Assembly: GCF_006345805.1 (NCBI RefSeq)
Contig: NW_021825171.1
Span: forward strand, 1 to 16,546
DNA from: Octopus sinensis
Lineage: Eukaryota
DNA: 16,546 nt
Direction of reading: 5' to 3'
A model generated the notes under the pieces. The model ran no database searches and had not been told where the DNA came from. It worked only from the letters and a program-made list of their open reading frames with translations. Shown here in pieces: positions 8,801 through 16,546 of this stretch. The translations under genes and the position numbers were made by a program. Each line of letters begins with the position of its first letter. Positions within the stretch are counted from its first letter, which is position 1.

Positions 8801-9382
8801 GCTTCCTTTGCACAGCTTTTAACACTAGAGATGTACTACAGTGTCAGCTGTTCACTATCAGTGACCTAAGGTAACACCTATTTTTCGAGCACCTTCCGGA
8901 GTATTCGAGCAGTTCCAAGCAGTGCTGTTTTCTGCGTGTGTTCCACCCTTATTCCAGCCCCTATTTGTTCCATGTACTTCTCAAGGTTTTTACTCACTGC
9001 TCCCAGGACTCCAACAATTATTGGTACTATGACCACCTTTTTCAGCGACCACAACTGCTTCACCTTCCAAGTCGATCATTATTATTATTATTATCATTGC
9101 CTTTGCACAACTTCTAATACTGGAGATGTACTATGGTGTCAGCTGTTCACTACCAGTGAACTAAGGTACACCCCTTATTTTTCGAGTACCATCCACAGTA
9201 TTTGAGCAGTTCCAGGCAGTGCTGTTCTCTGCAAGTGCTCCACCCTTATTGCAGCCCCTATTTGTTCCACATACTTCTCAAGGTTTTTACTCACTGCTCC
9301 CAGGACTCCAACAATTATTGGTACTATGACCACCTTTTTCAGCGACCACAACTGCTTAACCTCCCAGTCAATCATCATTATT

Positions 9383-9417
<35 letters not shown>

Positions 9418-10480
9418 TATTGCTTCCTTGCACAGCTTTTAACACTAGAGATGTACTACAGTGTCAGCTGTTCACTATCAGTGACCTAAGGTAACACCTA
9501 TTTTTCGAGCACCTTCCGGAGTATTCGAGCAGTTCCAAGCAGTGCTGTTTTCTGCGTGTGTTCCACCCTTATTCCAGCCCCTATTTGTTCCATGTACTTC
9601 TCAAGGTTTTTACTCACTGCTCCAAGGACTCCAACAATTATTGGTACTATGACCACCTTTTTCAGCGACCACAACTGCTTCACCTCCCAAGTCGATCATT
9701 ATTATTATCATTGCCTTTGCACAACTTCTAATACTGGAGATGTACTATGGTGTCAGCTGTTCACTACCAGTGAACTAAGGTAACACCCCTTATTTTTCGA
9801 GTACCATCCGCAGTATTTGAGCAGTTCCAGGCAGTGCTGTTCTCTGCAAGTGCTCCACCCTTATTGCAGCCCCTATTTGTTCCACATACTTCTCAAGGTT
9901 TTTACTCACTGCTCCCAGGACTCCAACAATTATTGGTACTATGACCACCTTTTTCAGCGACCACAACTGCTTAACCTCCCAAGTCAATCATCATTATTAT
10001 TATCATTATCATTATTATTATTATTATCATTGCCTTTGCACAGCGTCTAACACTAGAGATGTACTATAGTGTCAGCTGTTCACTATCAGTGACCTAAGGT
10101 AACACCTCTTATTTTTTGAGTACCATCCGGAGTATTTGAGCGGTTCCAGGCAGTGTTGTTCTCTGCAAGTGTCCCACCCTTGTTGCAGCCCCTATTTGTT
10201 CCACGTACTTCTCAAGGTTTTTGCTCACTACTCCCAGGGCTCCGACAATTATTGGTACTATGACCAACTTTTTCATCGACCACAACTGCTTCACTTCCCA
10301 TGTTAACCTGTCATACCTCTTGACTTTTCTTTCTTCCTTATCGCATGCCTTGTTATCAGCTGGGCATGCTATATCTATTATCCAGTATAGTTTGTTTTCT
10401 TTCTCAGTTAAGTCTATATCCGGTTTCCTATTCTCTATCTCATGGTCACACTTGTCTGGCTTCCTATTCTCTATCTATCT
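8801..10480 (-). mobile_element. Array of five 5'-truncated R4/Dong-like (RLE) non-LTR retrotransposon 3' ends: 8801-9074, 9099-9369, 9422-9694, 9713-9985, 10032-10480
   Basis: Each encodes a variant of WEVKQLWSLKKVVIVPIIVGVLGAVSKNLEKY.EQIG....EH.Q.TAL.GTA.ILR.VLEK*, plus a 3' UTR of about 75 nt. The longest copy extends to CDHEIENRKPDIDLTEKENKLYWIIDIACPADNKACDKEERKVKRYDRL, the PD..D..K restriction-like endonuclease core. Copies are separated by (ATT/ATC)n. Confidence 0.9.
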
Positions 10481-10505
10481 ATTATTATTATTATTATTAT
10501 CATTA

Positions 10506-10722
10506 TTCTATGTTTGACTTTTGCTTTATGTCTGTACAAGTTGGCTCCAAGTCTCACCCAGAGACCTCAAGAGGCAACAGGTTGGAATGGAAGTTCGTAT
10601 TATTGTTATGCCTAGTGTGCCATATATTTGGTTTTGTATTTAGTGTTGTACTAGTGAATGCCTGAAAAAAAAACCCCAAAAACGAAAGTTATGTTTGTTT
10701 TTAAAACTTGAGATTACATAGA
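10506..10722 (-). mobile_element. Probable 3'-UTR-only copy of a second (TAA)n-associated retrotransposon family
   Basis: Unique 215-nt segment bracketed on both sides by (ATT)n, like the neighbouring copies. The minus strand begins tct atg taa (..SM*). Identity rests on context and recall. Confidence 0.45.
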
Positions 10723-10761
<39 letters not shown>

Positions 10762-10783
10762 GTTATTAGTAGTAGTAGTATTC

Positions 10784-10974
10784 AAGGCGACGAGCTGGCA
10801 GAATTGTTAGCACGCCAGGCAAAATGCTTAGTGATATTTTGTTTGCCGCTACGGTTCTGAGTTCAAATGCCACCGAAGTCGACTTTACCGTCAATCCTCT
10901 TGGGTCGATAAATTAAGTACCAGTTAAGTACTGAGGTTGATATAATCGACTATCCCCCCCCCTACAAATTTCAG
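10784..10974 (+). mobile_element. SINE family B copy
   Basis: aaggcgacgagctggcagaattgttagcacgcc...gagttcaaat...gtcgataaattaagtaccagtt...aaatttcag. Confidence 0.87.
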
Positions 10975-11350
10975 TGGCTCTAGTTGTTGTTGTTGTTTAG
11001 CCCCAGGTCAGTCCTGATCCAAACAGACCTATGATCAAAGACGTTCCACCTGTGGCCATCCCATCTTTTATTCAGGCATAGTGTATCTAGGACTACATTA
11101 TCTAATGTATAGTATAGTAGTTAGTATTAGTGGCTATAGTTGTAGTTGTTCTTGTTTAGCCCCAGGTCAGTCAGTCCTGATCCAGACAGACCTATGATCA
11201 AAGACGTTCCATCTGTGACCATCCCATCTTTTATTCAGGCATAGTGTATCTAGGACTACATTATCTAATGTATAGTATAGTAGTTAGTATTAGTGGCTAT
11301 AGTTGTTGTTTAGCCCCAGGTCAGTCCTGATCCAGACAGACCTATGATCA
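10973..11350 (-). repeat. Tandem repeat of about 160 bp (2.4 units) built on a family D retroposon tail
   Basis: Near-identical units start at 10973, 11129 and 11292. The minus strand ends gacctggggctaaacaacaac. Confidence 0.88.
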
Positions 11351-11459
11351 CTCTCTGTCTGTCTGTCTCTCTCTTTCTCTTTGCCTCTCACTCATTGCCT
11401 CTCTCTCTCTCCCTCCATCCATCTGTCTGTCTGTCAGTCAGTCTGCCTCCCTCCCCCCC

Positions 11460-12199
11460 TTGTGCCACTAACACCACCGCCCTAAAAATCATTACAGCAC
11501 TACAACAACCTTTGCCAGCCACTGCAACATCCAACAACCATCACCACCGCCACCACCGCCATCACCACCACCACCACCACCACCACCACCAACACCACCA
11601 CCACCACCAACACCTTTACCATCTCCCACCATCACCACCACAACCATCATCACCACTATAATCACCATTATCACTACCAACACCACAATTATCACCTCCA
11701 CCACCACCAACTCCACTACAACCACCATCATCACTGCTGACACTACCACCACCACCACCAACACCTTTACCATCTCCCCCATCACACACCACACCATCAC
11801 ACACTATAATCACCATTATCACTACCAACACCACATTATCACCTCACACCACCAACTCCACTACAACCACCATCATCACTGCTGACACACACCACCACCA
11901 CCACCAACACCTTTACCCACTCCCATCACCACCACAACATCATCACCACTATAATCACCATTATCACTACCACCACCACAATTATCACCTCCACCACCAC
12001 CCAACACCACTACAAACCACCTGCATCACGCTGACACTACCACCACCACCACCACCAACCACCACCCACAACCAACAACAACAACAACACCATTACCATC
12101 TCCACCACCACCATCTCCACTGCCACCAACACCAACACTACCATCACCACCATACTCATTACCACTGCCGCCATCACCACCTCCACCACCATCACAACC

Positions 12200-12231
<32 letters not shown>

Positions 12232-12568
12232 CACCACTACCATCACCACCACCAACAACAACAACACCATTACCATCTCCACCACCACCATCACCACCTC
12301 CACCACCATCACAACCACCACCACCACCACCAACAACAACAACACCACTACCATCTCCACCACCACCGTCTCCGCTTCCACAAACACCAACAACACCATC
12401 ACAACCACCACCACCAACAACAACAACACCACTACCATCTCCACCACCACCATCACCACCTCCACCACCATCACAACCACCACCACCACCACCAACAACA
12501 ACAACACCACTACCATCACCACCACCACCGTCTCCGCTTCCACAACCACCACCACTGCCACCTTCACC
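11460..12568. repeat. Cryptic (CAC/CAT/CAA)n region with higher-order repeats
   Basis: A unit of about 150 bp starting aacacctttacc at 11609, 11760 and 11906. A second set of shorter repeated blocks lies at 12070-12545. Confidence 0.9.
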
Positions 12569-12687
12569 AAAGTAGGTATTAGGTCAAAGTGACAACTGTG
12601 TGCATGACTCAAGGCTACTAGTACAGCTGGGTAGGTACTATTAGTAACCTTGGCTCACTTGTTGTTGTTGTTGGGGGGGGGGTTAGC

Positions 12688-12830
12688 AGTGGTGGTGGTG
12701 GTGGTGGTGGTGGTGGTGGTGGTGGTGGTGGCCGTGTTCTTTTTTAACCACTAGTAGTAGCTGGAGAAATAATTGTAGGTTAAGGTGGTGGTGGTGGTGG
12801 TGGTGGTGGTTATGGGTGTGTGATGATGAT
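12688..12830. repeat. (GGT)n microsatellites
   Basis: Directly visible. Confidence 0.9.
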
Positions 12831-12835
12831 TGTAC

Positions 12836-12897
12836 AGAGAGAGAGAGAGAGAGAGACATATACACACAGAGAAATAGAGAGAGACAAGCAGATAGAT

Positions 12898-12934
<37 letters not shown>

Positions 12935-13653
12935 CACACGGAGAAATAGAGAGAGACAAGCAGATAGATATGCTGAGAGAGAGAGAGAGAGAGAGAGACA
13001 TATACACACAGAGAAATAGAGAGAGACAAGCAGATAGATATGCTGAGAGAGAGAGAGAGAGAGAGAGACATATACACACAGAGAAATAGAGAGAGACAAG
13101 CAGATAGATATGCTGAGAGAGAGAGAGAGAGAGAGAGACATATACACACAGAGAAATAGAGAGAGACAAGCAGATAGATATGCTGAGAGAGAGAGAGAGA
13201 GAGACATATACACACAGAGAAATAGAGAGAGACAAGCAGATAGATATGCTGAGAGAGAGAGAGAGAGAGAGACATATACACACAGAAATAGAGAGAGACA
13301 AGCAGATAGATATGCTGAGAGAGAGAGAGAGAGAGAGAGACATATACACACACAGATAATAGAAGAGACAAGCAGATAGATATGCTGAGAGAGAGAGAGA
13401 GAGAGCATATACACACAGAGAAATAGAGAGAGACAAGCAGATAGATATGCTGAGAGAGAGAGAGAGAGAGAGACATATACACACAGAGAAATAGAGAGAG
13501 ACAAGCAGATGATATGCTGAGAGAGAGAGAGAGAGAGAGAGACATATACACCCGACACATAGAAATAGAGAGAGACAAGCAGATAGATATGCTGTGAGAG
13601 AGAGATAGAGAGAGTACATATACCCACAGAGAAATAGAGAGACAAGCATAGAT

Positions 13654-13692
<39 letters not shown>

Positions 13693-13794
13693 CACACAGA
13701 GAAATAGAGAGAGACAGCAGATAATTATCTGAGAGAGAGAGAGAGAGAGAGAGACATCTACACACAGAGAATAGAGAGAGACAAGCAGATAGAT

Positions 13795-13831
<37 letters not shown>

Positions 13832-14001
13832 CACACAGAGAAATAGAGAGACAACCATAGATATGCTGAGAGAGAGAGAGAGAGAGAAGCGACATATACC
13901 CACATAGAAATAGAGAGAGACAAGCAGATAGATATGCTGAAGAGAGAGAGAGAGAGAGAGACATATACACACAGAGAATAGAGAGAGACAAGCAGATAGA
14001 T

Positions 14002-14040
<39 letters not shown>

Positions 14041-14284
14041 CACACAGAAATAGAGAGAGACAAGCAGATAGATATGCTGAGAGAGAGAGAGGAGAGAGAG
14101 ACATATACCCACCAGAGAATAGAGAGAGACAAGGCGATAGATATGCTGAGAGAAGAGAGAGAGAGAGAGAGACATATACACACAGAGAAATAGAGAGAGA
14201 CAAGCAGATAGATATGCCTGAGAGAGAGAGAGAGAGAGAGAGACATATACACACAGAGAAATAGAGAGAGACAAGCAGATAGAT

Positions 14285-14317
<33 letters not shown>
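12836..14317. repeat. Minisatellite of about 21 units of 65-74 bp: (GA)n-CATATACACACAGAGAAATAGAGAGAGACAAGCAGATAGATATGCT
   Basis: A constant core of about 46 bp separated by variable-length (GA)n. Confidence 0.96.
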
Positions 14318-14319
<2 letters not shown>

Positions 14320-14367
14320 CAGGGAGAGGAAGAAACAGAAAGATGGATATATGTACATATATATATA

Positions 14368-14795
14368 GGCACAGGAGTGGCTGTGTGGTAAGTAGCTTGC
14401 TAACCAACCACATGGTTCCGGGTTAGTCCCACTGCATGGCACCTGGGGCAAGTGTCTTCTACTATAGCCTCGGGCCGACCAAAGCCTTGTGAGTGGATTT
14501 GGTAGACGGAAACTGAAAGAAGCCTGTCGTATATATGTATATATATATATATGTATATATATATATGTGTATGTTTGTGTGTCTGTGTTTGTCCCCCTAG
14601 CATTGCTTGACAACCGATGCTGGTGTGTTTATGTCCCCGTCACTTAGCGGTTCGGCAAAAGAGACCGATAGAATAAGTACTGGGCTTACAAAAGAATAAG
14701 TCCCGGGGTCGAGTTGCTCGATTAAAGGCGGTGCTCCAGCATGGCCGCAGTCAAATGACTGAAACAAGTAAAAGAGTAAAAGAGAGTAAAAGAGT
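14368..14795 (+). mobile_element. SINE family A, full-length copy (tRNA-derived head, internal TA/TG spacer, tail with gtaaaaga repeats)
   Basis: A-box-like gtggctgtgtggt and B-box-like gggttagtccc. The tail gctccagcatggccgcagtcaaatgactgaaacaa is followed by (gtaaaaga)n. Confidence 0.93.
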
Positions 14796-14811
14796 ATATA
14801 TATGTGTGTTT

Positions 14812-14962
14812 GTGTGTCTGTGTTTGTCCAATCACCATCACTTGACAACCGATGTTGGTGTGTTTATCATCCCTGTAACCTAGCGGTTTCGGCAAAAGAG
14901 ACCAATAGAATAAGTACTAGGCTTACAATGAATAAGTCCTGGGGTCAATTTGTTTAACTAAA
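14812..14962 (+). mobile_element. SINE family A tail module, 3'-truncated at the RTE junction
   Basis: Homologous to about 14575-14725. Confidence 0.85.
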
Positions 14963-15980
14963 CTAGAAGTAGTTGATAGCTTCCGTTACCTAGATGACCA
15001 AGTCAGTAGCGGGGGGGGGTGCTGAAAGTGTAGCTGCTAGAATAAGAATAGCTTGGGCAAAGTTCAGAGAGCTCTTACCTCTGATGGCGACCAAAGGCCT
15101 CTCGCTCAGAGTAAAAGGCAGACTGTATGACGCATGTGTACAAACAGCCATGCTACATGGCAGTGAAACTTGGGCCGTGACTGCTGAGGACATGCGTAAG
15201 CTCACAAGAAATGAAGCCAGTATGCTCCGATGGATGTGTAATGTCAGTGTGCATACTCGCCAGAGTGTAAGTACCTTGAGAGAAATGTTGGACCTAAGAA
15301 GCATCAGTTGTGGTGTGCAAGAGAGACGTTTGCGCTGGTATGGTCATGTGTCAAGAATGGATGAAGATAGTTGTGTGAAAAAGTGTCACACCCTAGCGGT
15401 TGAGGGAACCTGTGGAAGAGGTAGACCCAGGAAGACGTGGGATGAGGTGGTGAAGCATAACCTTCGAAAATTAGGCCTCACCAAGGAAATGGCCAGTGGC
15501 CGAGACCTTTGGAAATATGCTGTGCTTGAGAAGACCTGGCAAGCCAAGTGAGACCATAACCTTGTGGCGTATGCCAGGGGTGTAACCAGCCCACTTAGGT
15601 GTACCTTTCTTTCATTGGACTCTAAAAACTGCTTGCGAAGACTTGTTGAGGCAAGTGAGATTGAATTCAAATTTGATGAGAGCACCGCATGACTGGCATC
15701 CCGTGCTGGTGGAGCACTAAGAGCACCATCCAAGCATGAGTGTTGCCAGGGCTACTGACTGGTCCCCGTGCCGGTGGCATGTAAAAAGCACCATTTGACC
15801 ATGATCGGTACCAGTGTTGCCTTATGTTAAAAACAACATTCGAGCAAAGGTGTTGCCAGTGCAAGTGACACATAAAAACACCATTTGAGCGTGGCCATTG
15901 TCAGTACTGCTTGACCGGCCCTCATGCCGGTGACACGTAAAAGCACTCACCATACTCTCGGAGTGGTTGGTGTTAGGAAA
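14963..15980 (+). mobile_element. 5'-truncated RTE-clade LINE (RT C-terminus, stop at 15549-15551, repetitive 3' UTR), frameshifted
   Basis: LEVVDSFRYLDDQVSSGGGC, then a frameshift near 15020, then AESVAARIRIAWAKFRELLPL...KGRLYDACV..AMLHGSETW...RRLRWYGHV.RM...GRGRPRKTW, a classic RTE ORF end. The UTR has repeated gtgccggtggcacgtaaaaagcac modules. Confidence 0.93.
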
Positions 15981-16147
15981 GGTTGGTTTGTTTACATCCC
16001 TGTAACTTAGCAGTTTGGCAAAAAAACACCGATAGACTAAGTACCAGGCTTTAAAAAAAGGAAATCGATTTGTTGGACTAAAAATTCTTTTAGGCGGTGC
16101 CCCAGCATGGCCACAGTCTAATGACTGAAACAAGTAAAAAAATAAAG
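15981..16147 (+). mobile_element. Diverged SINE family A-related tail
   Basis: gtttacatccctgtaacttagcagtttggcaaaa...ggcggtgccccagcatggccacagtctaatgactgaaacaagtaaaa. Confidence 0.82.
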
Positions 16148-16149
16148 GA

Positions 16150-16472
16150 GACACACACACACACAAGTGTATGTGTGTGTGAGTGTATAGAGATTGTGGT
16201 GATGATGAGGACGATGATGATGATGATGATTATGATGGTGGTGGTGGGGGGGATTGGTGGTGATGGTGGTGGTGGTGGTGGTGATCTTAACGAGGTGATT
16301 GTGTTGACGAAGTGATGAGGACTGTGGGGAGGAGGAGGAGGAGGAGTGAAGTGGAGGGAGGTGGAGGTAAGAAACCAACCTTTCGTTACTGTAAAGTTAA
16401 ATGCTGCAACTAGGATCTAAAGACATATATATGTGTGGTGTGTGTGTGTGTGTGGTGTGTGTAATATAGGTA

Positions 16473-16516
<44 letters not shown>

Positions 16517-16546
16517 ACATGTATTTATATATGTATTTATGTATAA
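16150..16546. repeat. Mixed microsatellites: (CA)n, (GAT)n, (GGT)n, (GGA)n, (TG)n, (TA)n
   Basis: Directly visible. Confidence 0.9.

Noticed and set aside
8878-10294. Five 61-73 aa ORFs as a tandem small-protein gene family
   Set aside because: They are truncated retrotransposon endonuclease C-termini without real start codons or promoters, and four lack the catalytic PD..D core.
11344-12612. His/Thr-rich (mucin-like) or Val-rich ORFs
   Set aside because: Cryptic CAC triplet repeats with phase-breaking indels and no splice sites linking them to the kinase frame.
12836-14317. CRISPR-like repeat-spacer appearance (also considered for 8801-10480)
   Set aside because: The spacers are only (GA)n, or the units are homologous TE fragments. 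There are no unique spacers and no cas genes, and the context is eukaryotic.
12683-14613. 576-aa, 620-aa and 295-aa minus-strand ORFs (SLSLS/YLSACL repeats)
   Set aside because: They are translations of the (GA)n minisatellite and a SINE, open in several frames at once, with no protein-like complexity.
14994-15551. 185-aa ORF as an intact host gene
   Set aside because: It is the C-terminal part of an RTE reverse transcriptase ORF. The ATG is out of frame with the upstream RTE homology and is only joined by a frameshift.
16360-16375. Donor-like GAG|GTAAGA near the window end
   Set aside because: The upstream sequence is microsatellite with no acceptor or kinase-like coding. The next SPHK exon was not found in the window.

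Overview
Repeat-rich eukaryotic genomic DNA, not prokaryotic. The SINE/LINE types and microsatellite load resemble a coleoid cephalopod, probably Octopus (inference from recalled repeat sequences, not a search). The only host coding sequence I can support is three internal + strand exons (4495-4589, 7741-7856, 8536-8759) with canonical AG/GT sites and compatible phases. They splice into the central part of a sphingosine kinase (xGDGL..EVING, P.GSGNAL and WGFIAD.D.ESEKYR motifs). The rest appears intronic: microsatellites and minisatellites, several tRNA-derived SINE families, a 5'-truncated RTE LINE, an L1/Tx1-like 3' fragment, and a head-to-tail array of five R4/Dong-type (restriction-like endonuclease) retrotransposon 3' ends separated by (ATT)n tracts just after the third exon. 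Almost all long ORFs in the track are simple-repeat artefacts. I cannot support a new multi-gene system. The best leads are the R4/Dong array, SINE tail swapping, inverted SINE pairs around the kinase exons, and the deviant kinase motifs.
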